Below, piece after piece: positions 9,152 through 17,745 of a stretch of DNA of 32,000 nt. The notes under the pieces were generated by a model. The model saw nothing but the letters and a program-made list of their open reading frames with translations. It had not been told where the DNA came from and did no database searches. Position numbers and translations under genes: made by a program. How positions within the stretch are numbered: the first letter of the stretch is position 1; every line of letters begins with the position of its first letter. This stretch comes from Salinicoccus sp. HZC-1 (lineage in GTDB: Bacteria; Bacillota; Bacilli; Staphylococcales; Salinicoccaceae), in assembly GCF_046736035.1 (NCBI RefSeq), contig NZ_CP177130.1, forward strand, positions 1,615,279 to 1,647,278. Direction: 5' to 3'.

Positions 9152-10348
9152 TTATCTTTTAATCGGCATGATTTTACCGTAAGTGACCGTTCTCCAAATC
9201 CACTCAAGCGGACCAAACTTAAATGCTTTCATCCACAAATGACTGTAGATTATCTGTATGATGAAAACCATAAATACTATGGGAATGAACCATACAGCAT
9301 CGATCTTATTGAATAAATTCAATCCATAAAAGAAAGATGTCATAATCACACTCTGCATAATGTAGTTCGTCAGTGCCATCTGCCCCACCGGCTGCAACAG
9401 CTTCGTCAGTCCTTTTACTTTCCGCGCAATCAGTACAAACAGTGCAACGTAGCCGAGCGACATCAGCGGACCGCCCAGAGTATAGGCGAGCATTGTTAAA
9501 ATCGACCAGACAGGCTCCTGCATCATATAAGTCAATCCATAACCGACGAATATTTTAACCGGTGTCCCTACTCCGAGACCGACCACAGCAGTCCAGATCA
9601 GCAATTTCGTTTTGGACTCAAGGTTTTCAAATAATTTTTTCTGTCCTGCATAAAGTCCGATTAAGAACATGGCAAGCACCAAAGGGATCATTACAATGTT
9701 ACTGGAGATCATGATGCCGAGTACAGACATATTCAAATCAATGACATCCATATATCCTGCATTAGTAAGAGATTTAATCATATCAAACCCGGGATCGACG
9801 GGTTGCACCTCATTCGTTCCCATAACGCCTGCTGCATACAGCAGAAGAGACATAACAGCTATAAATATTGTACCCAGGGTAAGGATGGAGATGCCTATGG
9901 TCAGATTGACAGCAGGTTTAATTTTATAGAAGATCAGTAATATGATACCTGTTACTGCATAGACCGTTAATATATCTCCATACCAGATAAATATTGCATG
10001 GAATATCCCAAATGCAAGCAGCATCATCATTCTTCTTATAAACAGCGCTGAAGTGGAACCCGGTTTTTTATCCGCCCGGGACAGAAATATGTAAAACCCT
10101 AATCCAAAAAGAAATGAAAACATCGTATAGAAGTTTGAAGTTACAAACGTATTGATAAATAATATGACCCCGGAATTCATTTCCCCGGTATAAATATTAC
10201 TTGGTCCGTCTGAAAACTGGTCCTGAAGTGTGGGCCCTGCAAAAGACATGATATTCATCATCAAGATGCCCAGTAATGCAAATCCTCTTACTGCATCTAT
10301 CTCGTGGACCCTTTCCGATAATCCGACCGGCGCATAATTTTGTGACAT
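9152..10348 (-). CDS. DUF418 (YeiB-like) membrane protein
   Basis: 398 aa, polytopic. The N-terminal ERVHEIDAVRGFALLGILMMN is typical of the DUF418/YeiB family. AGGAGG RBS. Confidence 0.75.
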   Translation of the reverse strand: MSQNYAPVGLSERVHEIDAVRGFALLGILMMNIMSFAGPTLQDQFSDGPSNIYTGEMNSGVILFINTFVTSNFYTMFSFLFGLGFYIFLSRADKKPGSTSALFIRRMMMLLAFGIFHAIFIWYGDILTVYAVTGIILLIFYKIKPAVNLTIGISILTLGTIFIAVMSLLLYAAGVMGTNEVQPVDPGFDMIKSLTNAGYMDVIDLNMSVLGIMISSNIVMIPLVLAMFLIGLYAGQKKLFENLESKTKLLIWTAVVGLGVGTPVKIFVGYGLTYMMQEPVWSILTMLAYTLGGPLMSLGYVALFVLIARKVKGLTKLLQPVGQMALTNYIMQSVIMTSFFYGLNLFNKIDAVWFIPIVFMVFIIQIIYSHLWMKAFKFGPLEWIWRTVTYGKIMPIKR

Positions 10349-10403
10349 TTCCTGCCTCCTCGAATATTTTCATTTACAAATATAATATTACTTTAAGTTC
10401 ATG

Positions 10404-10430
10404 AAAAAAGAGACTCAAAACCATTGAGTC
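10404..10430 (-). terminator. Rho-independent terminator overlapping the 3' end of the 99-aa ORF
   Basis: Minus strand gactcaa-tggtt-ttgagtc followed by tcttttttc. Confidence 0.55.
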
Positions 10431-10714
10431 CCTTGAATAAATGAACCGAAATCAAACAGTTCGATTGGATTTCCCGTCATGTATGAATATATATAATAAA
10501 TTATCAAACCTACGATTGGCAGAAAGATTACTACGAATAAAAACACCTTCATAAATTTGGCGAACACGCTGTAGAGTAATCTGAGAACGATGATTGACAC
10601 GGCTGTAATTGCGATTGTTTTTATGTTGTAATCCAGTACGGCAATATCAAAAAAGTTAATACCGTAAATCACAAAAAACGAGAGTGCAATGATAAAAATA
10701 AGTCTCATAAACAA
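10415..10714 (-). CDS. Small hydrophobic protein (~99 aa, about 3 predicted TM helices), no family recognised
   Basis: The ORF lies between co-directional genes. It has a strongly hydrophobic helical pattern, a GGGTGA RBS-like sequence upstream, and its own terminator. Confidence 0.5.
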   Translation of the reverse strand: MFMRLIFIIALSFFVIYGINFFDIAVLDYNIKTIAITAVSIIVLRLLYSVFAKFMKVFLFVVIFLPIVGLIIYYIYSYMTGNPIELFDFGSFIQGTQWF

Positions 10715-10752
10715 AGTAGATCACCCAGTCATTTTTATTAATACTTATACTA

Positions 10753-11895
10753 CTATACTATTTCTTCATGCTCACGTACAAATGATACAGACAACAGGCC
10801 GAGCCCAACGATTAAGACGCTCAGCCACGGTGCAAAGCTGATATCAAAATTACTGATATAAATACCACCGATTACCGCACCAATTCCAATCCCTAGATTC
10901 AAACCGGACATGTTCCAGCTGAACACCATTGCTGCAGACCCCTGTACATTCTCAACCAAACCGCTCTGAACTGCCGGACTCGTACTCCATTGGAATACAC
11001 TCCAGAAGAACAAGTTTATATAGAAGAGCATCGGCGTGCCATATAAAAATGGTAAAACAGCCATGGATATCATAAATAAAATCAGCATGTAGAAAATTGT
11101 TTTTTTACTGCCGATTTTATCGACAAGGTTTCCGCCAATATATGTTCCAGTCATACCCCCTGCACCGGCAATGAGCAATGCAATCGAGACATTCCCAAGC
11201 GTATATCCGTTGGAAGTCATCAATGGAGAAATATATCCAATGACGATATAATTCCCGATCAATACTGCCATCGTCACACCGATATACAGGAAAACATTTC
11301 GTTTATCTAAAATTTTATCAGGTACAGGCTCACCCAGATCGTCCCCTTTTTTGTCCGGAACAAGTGAGAGAACCCCAATCCCCACCAAAATTGCTATTAC
11401 GATAACCAGCCAGAAAATCACACGCCAGCCAAATTGCTGACCGATCAGTGTACCGATTGGAATCCCGAACACATTAGCTGCACTGAATCCCATGTATACA
11501 AGCGCGATCATCTTCCCTCTGATCTCAGGCCTGGATAAAAGCACGGTCATATCCATAATTTTCACTATAAAGACTGCAGCTGCCACTGCAGTGACCACCC
11601 GGCCGGCTGAAAGCATTATAAAAGTGTCTGACAGACCAAAAATTACATTACCTAATATAAATAAAATCAAAGATGCAAGAATGACCGGCTTTGGCCGCAT
11701 GTTCTCAGTTAGTTTAACCAGAATCGGACCAAACACAGCAAAGCTCACAGCATATACAGTAATCAACTGTCCTGTCATTGCATGAGAAATACCGAGGTCA
11801 TCACTCATTAATTCAAGTATCCCTGAAATAATAAGCTCCATCATACCAAGCAGGAACACGCCGACTGTAAAAGTTATAATAAGTTTCTTGTTCAT
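10753..11895 (-). CDS. MFS transporter (12-TM, DHA1/PbuE-like efflux type)
   Basis: The start is MNKKLIITFTVGVFLLGMMELIISGIL at ATG 11895, after a GGTGG RBS. The MFS-like helix pattern includes LSAGRVVTAVAAAVF. Confidence 0.75.
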   Translation of the reverse strand: MNKKLIITFTVGVFLLGMMELIISGILELMSDDLGISHAMTGQLITVYAVSFAVFGPILVKLTENMRPKPVILASLILFILGNVIFGLSDTFIMLSAGRVVTAVAAAVFIVKIMDMTVLLSRPEIRGKMIALVYMGFSAANVFGIPIGTLIGQQFGWRVIFWLVIVIAILVGIGVLSLVPDKKGDDLGEPVPDKILDKRNVFLYIGVTMAVLIGNYIVIGYISPLMTSNGYTLGNVSIALLIAGAGGMTGTYIGGNLVDKIGSKKTIFYMLILFMISMAVLPFLYGTPMLFYINLFFWSVFQWSTSPAVQSGLVENVQGSAAMVFSWNMSGLNLGIGIGAVIGGIYISNFDISFAPWLSVLIVGLGLLSVSFVREHEEIV

Positions 11896-11927
11896 ATTTA
11901 CCACCATTTCATAAAGTCAACCTGATT

Positions 11928-11955
11928 ATTATACTATAACAGCAATATCAATCAA
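11928..11955 (-). promoter_or_regulatory. Candidate sigma-A promoter of the MFS gene
   Basis: Minus strand TTGATT (11955-11950), 16-nt spacer, TATAAT (11933-11928), about 35 nt upstream of the ATG. Confidence 0.45.
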
Positions 11956-12001
11956 ACCAAATTTAAACAAACATGATAAAATGTTCATTGAGGTGGGTAA
12001 A

Positions 12002-12493
12002 ATGAAAAAAATAATTCCATTCATAATAGTATTGCTTCTACTCGCAGGCTGTTCATACGGAAACCAAGAAGAGCTTGATGAACTCTATAACGCATTTGAA
12101 CGTAATCATAGTGAAATCGAAGAAGACTTCAAAAATTATTATTCTGAAATTGATTCGTCTGATGACCGGGAAATACAGCTTAAAATCATCTATGATGAGC
12201 TCATTCCCATGACAGAAGACTTCAGAACAACAATCGAGAACTATACAGTTTCAAACAAAGAACATGAATCATTGAAGGAAAATATGCTTTCTTATATCGA
12301 TTCACTTAAAGAACTTACAGAACTGAATGGTGAGTTTAACAGAAAATTCGTTTCCAGTAATCCACTCAGTGACGAAAACTTTACAGATGACATAAATTCA
12401 ATGCTTCAAGAAATTGAAGACAAAGAAAATGAAGTGAAAAATGGTTATGACAATATCACTGAAGAATATGAAAACCTGACTTCAGAACAGTAA
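12002..12493 (+). CDS. Acidic lipoprotein of unknown function
   Basis: MKKIIPFIIVLLLLAGC carries a lipobox (LLAG|C). The mature part is very rich in Glu/Asp and looks helical. GAGGTGGG RBS before ATG 12002; the track start 11981 is rejected. Confidence 0.7.
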   Translation: MKKIIPFIIVLLLLAGCSYGNQEELDELYNAFERNHSEIEEDFKNYYSEIDSSDDREIQLKIIYDELIPMTEDFRTTIENYTVSNKEHESLKENMLSYIDSLKELTELNGEFNRKFVSSNPLSDENFTDDINSMLQEIEDKENEVKNGYDNITEEYENLTSEQ

Positions 12494-12531
12494 AAAAAGA
12501 TGATTCCACCTCAAATGGAATCATCTTTTTT
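12492..12531. terminator. Bidirectional terminator between convergent genes
   Basis: aagatgattcca (12497-12508) / tggaatcatctt (12516-12527) with a 7-nt loop, flanked by an A-run and a T-run. Confidence 0.75.
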
Positions 12532-12538
12532 AATGGCT

Positions 12539-14011
12539 CTATTTGTTTAAACCTTTTGCATTTACCGGTACTGGTCGATCCAGCTTACCTGGTCTTTCCT
12601 TTTTCGCTTTTGGTTCAAATAATATATCTTCTTCGTTGATATCATCGACCTCATTCTTCAGATAATATTTACCTTTTGTTAAAACTGCCATTATAACTGT
12701 CAGTCCTGCTGCAAGAACTGCGGCAAAGAATGCGGCAGTACTTTCCAGGAATTGTCCCATGTATCCAAGTGCCGCGACTGTCCCCAGTCCACTGGCAATG
12801 AGCAGGGAGACTACACCGACAGGATTCCATTTAAAAAGATTTTGCTGACGATGTTCGTAAAATGCCGGACCGATCTTCAGCATCATTTTAACAATCAGCG
12901 CATCTGTGATCAGCACAGCTCCCCATGCCAGCAGGAATACGCCCTGGAAAATGAGTGCAGTGTCCAGATGATCTACGATGCCCCCGAGCATGAGCACCAT
13001 TGCACTGATCCCTGAAACGACAATCCAAAATCTGCGTCCAGGAGTAAACCGGAACACATTTTCGAAGAAATTGGAGAGTGACAGTGAACTGCTGTATATG
13101 TTCGTCACATTAATCCGGATTTGTGTAAGCATTGTAAACAATGCACCACCTATCCCGAGCAAGTGAACGATGTAGACACCTGGATTCGGCTCTGCCATAC
13201 GCACGCCAAACCAAATGCCCAGTCCACCCATTACTCCATAACAGAAAATCTGCGGAATGAATCCGATTGCAACGGATCCTACTTTAATATGCTCAGGTTT
13301 AAGGAAACGTGCATAATCGGAGGACAATAATGCAGTCAGACCCATGATGCCATGCTGCATTCCAATACATAATAGAAGTGCTGTCCCACCTATTTGCATA
13401 CCCTCAGGCATATAAGTCCAGAACTGTTCGTCATAAAGTGAAGTAGAAAAAAAGGCTACGGTAATAGCCGCCAACAGGAATACAAAAAATATTGGCAAGG
13501 ACCATTTTTGCAGTTTATCCAACTGCTTGATGCCAAACCAGTTTAATGGAATTACAAGCGTTCCAAAAACAACAATTAGTACCCACATTGGGATTATAGG
13601 GATAAATTCATGTATGGCATAAACAAGGATCATGCCCTCGAAAGCACAGTACATGATGAAATTAGAGGCATAAATAAGAGAAGTTAGAGAAGCACCTATG
13701 TAACCAAAGCCGCCTCCACGTGACATCAGGTTGACGTTCATCCCGGATTTTGCTGATAGATACGAGATAATTGTACTCATGATGCCCGCCACAATAATGG
13801 CATATGCTGCAGAAATAAGCGCGTTAATCGCACCGAATTGAAGTGCCATTACGCTGCCGATTTGAAAATAGAAAATCGCAGTCGCGATTCCAAATGTGAT
13901 GTTTGTAATACTTGGCCAATCCATGTTTCGTTCTTTGTAAGGAACCTTGTCTAATGAATAATCATCTTCCATCTCTTCGTTTTCACGATCTGTAATATTC
14001 ACAGATCCCAT
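12539..14011 (-). CDS. NCS1 family transporter (purine-cytosine permease-like)
   Basis: Roughly 12-TM protein. Its N-terminal region (VPYKERNMDWPSITNITFGIATAIFYFQIGS) resembles CodB/FCY2-type permeases. Start placed at ATG 14011 after GGAGAGG. Confidence 0.6.
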   Translation of the reverse strand: MGSVNITDRENEEMEDDYSLDKVPYKERNMDWPSITNITFGIATAIFYFQIGSVMALQFGAINALISAAYAIIVAGIMSTIISYLSAKSGMNVNLMSRGGGFGYIGASLTSLIYASNFIMYCAFEGMILVYAIHEFIPIIPMWVLIVVFGTLVIPLNWFGIKQLDKLQKWSLPIFFVFLLAAITVAFFSTSLYDEQFWTYMPEGMQIGGTALLLCIGMQHGIMGLTALLSSDYARFLKPEHIKVGSVAIGFIPQIFCYGVMGGLGIWFGVRMAEPNPGVYIVHLLGIGGALFTMLTQIRINVTNIYSSSLSLSNFFENVFRFTPGRRFWIVVSGISAMVLMLGGIVDHLDTALIFQGVFLLAWGAVLITDALIVKMMLKIGPAFYEHRQQNLFKWNPVGVVSLLIASGLGTVAALGYMGQFLESTAAFFAAVLAAGLTVIMAVLTKGKYYLKNEVDDINEEDILFEPKAKKERPGKLDRPVPVNAKGLNK

Positions 14012-14200
14012 AAATATCCTCTCCATTCTTCTGAAATTTATATTTAAGCGACTTTTACACTATACATAACATTCACAAATAAATCAAACCGCACGGCGGC
14101 AATCAAGCGCTTTCATGTGAGTATTTACACATTTATTTAAGCCTTTAAATATATATTCTTGAAATAAATTTTATAAATTCAAAGAAATTATATTTCTCAA

Positions 14201-14230
14201 TAAAAAAACACCTCCGTTTAAGAAGGTGTT
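14201..14230 (-). terminator. Rho-independent terminator of the dipeptidase gene
   Basis: Minus-strand RNA aacaccuuc-uuaaac-ggagguguu, including one G-U pair, followed by U7. Confidence 0.7.
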
Positions 14231-14240
14231 CCAATTACTT

Positions 14241-15182
14241 TCAGCAATATATATCGATGAAGTTCTTATGGGTGATTTTTTCAGCAAAATCACATCCGTA
14301 TTTTTCTGTAAGCGCATTTGTCAGATTGCCGAATCTGCTTGCGTCTTCCAATCCTTCTATATAGGAAGCGATGCCATCAAAGTCTGATCCCAGCCCGATA
14401 TTTCCACTCCCGCCGAGGTCGATGATCCGGTCGATATGCGGGTAGAGATCTTCAAGAGATGTATCCCCCTCTTTGACGAAAGGCGGATTGAATACGATAT
14501 TGATCATTCCCCCTTTTTCAATAATCTGCTTGATTTGCCAATCATACAGATTTCTTGGATGATCAAATATTTCTCTCGCATTCGAATGGGATGCGAGCAC
14601 CCTGTCGGCTTTGCTTACAATATCTTTAAACCCTTGTGTATTTAAGTGACTGACGTCAACTAAAACATCGTGGTCGTTACAGCATTCAATGACTTCGAAG
14701 CCAAAATTTGAAAGCCCGGTCATACGGTTTTCCCCTACACCATCTGCCACCAGATTCGCATTGTTCCAAACGAGTCCGAGTGATAGCACACCCAGACGGA
14801 TTAATGTTCTGAGTTTCATCAGATCATTTCCAAATGCATCAGACCCTTCCAGTGTAAGAACAGCACCAATTTCATCCGTTTTCAAATCATGTATTTCCTT
14901 AAAGTTCTTAATATGAATAAAATTATTCTGAGCGAGCACTTCATTATAGAAGCAGTCCACCTGCTCCAGGGCGTGCTGCCATTTCTCATTATCCGGCAGG
15001 TTCGGCGGTATGAATATAGCGAAAAACTGAACCTTCACATCACCTTCTCTGAGACGCTCTGCATTAGTGTTCAATTCGCTCGAATTCTTATAATCCAAAA
15101 TTCGGTTTTGGAAACGATAAGCATTTCTATAATCTCCCTGCAATTTTAAAAGCGCATCACAATGTGTATCAATAATGTGCAT
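14241..15182 (-). CDS. Membrane (renal-type) dipeptidase, peptidase family M19
   Basis: The N-terminal IIDTHCD and C-terminal GLGSDFDG are hallmark M19 metal-ligand motifs. GAGGAGAGG RBS. Confidence 0.85.
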   Translation of the reverse strand: MHIIDTHCDALLKLQGDYRNAYRFQNRILDYKNSSELNTNAERLREGDVKVQFFAIFIPPNLPDNEKWQHALEQVDCFYNEVLAQNNFIHIKNFKEIHDLKTDEIGAVLTLEGSDAFGNDLMKLRTLIRLGVLSLGLVWNNANLVADGVGENRMTGLSNFGFEVIECCNDHDVLVDVSHLNTQGFKDIVSKADRVLASHSNAREIFDHPRNLYDWQIKQIIEKGGMINIVFNPPFVKEGDTSLEDLYPHIDRIIDLGGSGNIGLGSDFDGIASYIEGLEDASRFGNLTNALTEKYGCDFAEKITHKNFIDIYC

Positions 15183-15309
15183 TTTATCCTCTCCTCATTA
15201 AAGTGATTATATCAATATTTTCAGACTATTGAAAACTGATTAAATATTTATACATTATATAATTAGTGATTGCATTAATATACTAATGCGTATAAACTAA
15301 TTATGGATA

Positions 15310-15323
15310 TGAAAACGTTTTCT
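15310..15323. promoter_or_regulatory. cre-like (CcpA) box in the dipeptidase / YjiH-like divergent region
   Basis: TGAAAACGTTTTCT matches TGWAANCGNTNWCA at 13/14 positions. It lies 64-77 nt upstream of the YjiH-like ATG. Confidence 0.45.
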
Positions 15324-15386
15324 AAATTTTTATGTATTTACTTGCTTGCTTCTGCATGTATAATTATAACAAAGGGAGGATATTTT

Positions 15387-16715
15387 ATGCGTAATAATGC
15401 AACTTTATTAAAATTTCTTATACCGTCACTAATTGGCGTTTTAATGTTTTTATTTCCGCTCAGCATAGACGATGAAACTACAATTCCAGTAGCATATCTG
15501 GCAAATCTACTAAATGACTCTTTAGGAATCGACACTGTAGTATTAATTGTAGTAATTATAATTAATATCTCTGCACTGCTCACACTTATATTCAGCTGGA
15601 TATATGACCCAAAAATCGGATTCTTATCCGCACTATTCAGAACAAATCCTGTATGGGTCATTTTGCGCCTGCTTGGTGCTGTTTTTGCCATTATGGCCTA
15701 TATGGCAGTCGGACCGGAAGCAATCAACTCCGATGTCACAGGTGGTATGCTGCTTAATGATCTGCTGCCTACACTATTTGCCGTATTCTTATTTGCAGGT
15801 ATTCTGCTGCCATTGCTCCTAAACTATGGTCTTCTAGAATTTGTCGGTTCTATATTTGCCAAAATAATGAGACCGCTGTTTACACTGCCCGGCCGGTCTA
15901 CAGTGGATAATCTGGCATCATGGGTCGGAGATGGCACGGTAGGTGTGCTTTTGACAAGTAAACAGTATGAAGAAGGCTACTATTCCGAACGTGAAGCTGC
16001 TGTTATTGCTACAACATTCTCAGTTGTTTCCATTACATTCACAATTGTAATATTAGATTTAATCGGTTTAATGAATTACTTTGGCGCTTTTTATCTGACG
16101 ATATTTATCGCAGGGTTTGTTGCAGCACTGATTATGCCGAGGATACCCCCACTCTCTCTGATTAAGGACGACTACTATATTAAAGGCAGAGAGATTGATG
16201 AAACAATCCCGCAAGGCTATAATCCATTTTCATGGGGGTACAAAAAAGCCCTGGGCAGAGCTGAGAAAGCAGACGGCTTTGCCGATTTCCTGAAAGACGG
16301 GTTAAAAACTGTTGGGGATATGTGGTTTGCGGTCCTGCCGATTGTTATGGCGATAGGCACCCTCGGTACGATGCTTGCCGAATACACACCAATATTCACA
16401 TGGATTGGTGCACCATTTGTACCTGTTCTTGAGCTTATGGGAATACCTGAAGCCGTTGCTGCATCAGAAACATTATTCATCGGCTTTACGGATATGTTCC
16501 TGCCGGCTATTTTAATTGAAGGTGTCTCTGCAGATATAACAAGATTCATCATTGGTGCATTGAGCATTACACAGTTAATCTACCTGTCAGAAGTCGGCGG
16601 TGTCATACTCGGCTCTAAAGTACCGGTAGGCCTTGGCAAACTGCTCATCATCTTCCTGCTGAGAACAGCCATTACGCTGCCGATCATTACTATCATTGCG
16701 CATATAATTTTCTAA
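15387..16715 (+). CDS. YjiH-like membrane protein with a nucleoside-recognition (Gate) domain
   Basis: LPGRSTVDNLASWVGDGTVGVLLTSKQYEEGYYSEREAAVIATTFS resembles the YjiH family. Start placed at ATG 15387, 7 nt after GGGAGGA; the track start 15303 has no RBS. Confidence 0.6.
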   Translation: MRNNATLLKFLIPSLIGVLMFLFPLSIDDETTIPVAYLANLLNDSLGIDTVVLIVVIIINISALLTLIFSWIYDPKIGFLSALFRTNPVWVILRLLGAVFAIMAYMAVGPEAINSDVTGGMLLNDLLPTLFAVFLFAGILLPLLLNYGLLEFVGSIFAKIMRPLFTLPGRSTVDNLASWVGDGTVGVLLTSKQYEEGYYSEREAAVIATTFSVVSITFTIVILDLIGLMNYFGAFYLTIFIAGFVAALIMPRIPPLSLIKDDYYIKGREIDETIPQGYNPFSWGYKKALGRAEKADGFADFLKDGLKTVGDMWFAVLPIVMAIGTLGTMLAEYTPIFTWIGAPFVPVLELMGIPEAVAASETLFIGFTDMFLPAILIEGVSADITRFIIGALSITQLIYLSEVGGVILGSKVPVGLGKLLIIFLLRTAITLPIITIIAHIIF

Positions 16716-16742
16716 CAGATTTTTAAAAGGATTCCGGTATTA

Positions 16743-16777
16743 TGATCTGACCCCAGTTGGGTTTACAAATGAAATAA
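16743..16777. repeat. IS terminal inverted repeat (orfB-proximal end, IRR)
   Basis: TGATCTGACCCCAGTTGGGTTTACAAATGAAATAA, compared with the reverse complement of 18413-18447, TGATTTGACCCCCTCCAGGTTTACAGATGAAATAA. Confidence 0.85.
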
Positions 16778-16790
16778 TATAAATGTTTCC

Positions 16791-16823
16791 CTCCAGAGAA
16801 TCTAGATTCTCTGGAGTTTTTTT
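16791..16823 (+). terminator. Plus-strand rho-independent terminator inside the IS end, oriented against read-in transcription
   Basis: Perfect 26-nt palindrome ctccagagaatctagattctctggag (16791-16816) followed by T7. The minus-strand version has no U-tract. Confidence 0.65.
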
Positions 16824-17745
16824 ATGCGGCTAATGCTCTAAATTCCAACGGACTCAACCCCTTGAATTTGTGCTGAGGCCTGCGGTGGTTGTAGAACTCG
16901 ATATACCACATAATATCTTTGATGATCGTGTGATAGGTGTCGTAATACTTCTGTTTGCGTTTGACATGGAACCGTTCAGCTTTGATCTTGCCCCAGAAAG
17001 CCTCCATTGGTCCATTATCAATGCATTTTCCCACCCGGGACATGCTCTGGCACATTTGCTGGGCCTCCAAAATTTTTTTAAAGCCAAAAGAGGTGTACTG
17101 GAATCCCCGGTCACTATGCACCAATGGCGTCGCATCCGGACATTTTTGGATCGCCGCTTTAAACGTATCGAAGACGAGCTGATTATTATTAGAGCGTCCG
17201 AATTTGTAGGCGATGATACTATTATCATACAAATCGATAATGGCACTGAGATAGGCTTTTTCTCCACTCAGCGCTTTAAATTCCGTCACATCGGTTAACC
17301 ATTTCTCGTTCACGTGGTCGACATTGAAATCCCGGTCTAATATGTTTTCAGCGACCTGTTGCGGTGTGTGTGGCATATACTGCTGCTTTTTGATCCGGGT
17401 CACCGACCGTAAGCCCATCTGTGTCATCAGCCGGTAGATGCGTTTCTTATTATAGTGCGTCTGATGTGCTTTGTTGATTTCATAACACATCTGACGATAG
17501 CCGTATATGCCCTCTGTTTCGACATAGAATTCGGCTATCCTTGACGCAATCCAATCGTTCTCTGTTTCAGAAGCCGATGCACTGCGTTTCTGATACTGAT
17601 AGTACGCCTGTCTTGAAATACCCGCCGCCCGGCATAATTCAGAGATGGAGTAGCCTTCATTATGCAGGGCTGTGATGGCAGTGTGAAGTTGATGACTCTG
17701 AACCCGGCTGTATTTTAGTTCCTCTCGAGTTCGTCCAACTTTTTT
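16822..17745 (-). CDS. IS3-family transposase OrfB (DDE/integrase core), expressed as an OrfAB fusion by a -1 frameshift
   Basis: The frame is open from the slippery site at 17745 to the stop at 16822; my translation of 17491-17745 shows no stop. DDE residues lie in LTDVTEF, HSDRGFQYTS and DNGPMEAFWG. Confidence 0.85.
   Translation of the reverse strand, partial: KKVGRTREELKYSRVQSHQLHTAITALHNEGYSISELCRAAGISRQAYYQYQKRSASASETENDWIASRIAEFYVETEGIYGYRQMCYEINKAHQTHYNKKRIYRLMTQMGLRSVTRIKKQQYMPHTPQQVAENILDRDFNVDHVNEKWLTDVTEFKALSGEKAYLSAIIDLYDNSIIAYKFGRSNNNQLVFDTFKAAIQKCPDATPLVHSDRGFQYTSFGFKKILEAQQMCQSMSRVGKCIDNGPMEAFWGKIKAERFHVKRKQKYYDTYHTIIKDIMWYIEFYNHRRPQHKFKGLSPLEFRALAA

Noticed and set aside
14012-14200. 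The leader of about 190 nt upstream of the NCS1 permease, considered as a possible purine, TPP or other riboswitch.
   Set aside because: I cannot find the conserved cores of the purine, TPP, PreQ1 or other riboswitches I know. Only short hairpins (ccgc-cgt-gcgg) and a weak cre-like half-site are present. A covariance-model scan would be needed to exclude a riboswitch.
15272-15289. Palindrome GCATTA-ATATAC-TAATGC in the dipeptidase / YjiH-like intergenic region.
   Set aside because: The 6-bp AT-rich arms sit in a very AT-rich spacer, so they are easily produced by chance, and they match no known operator.
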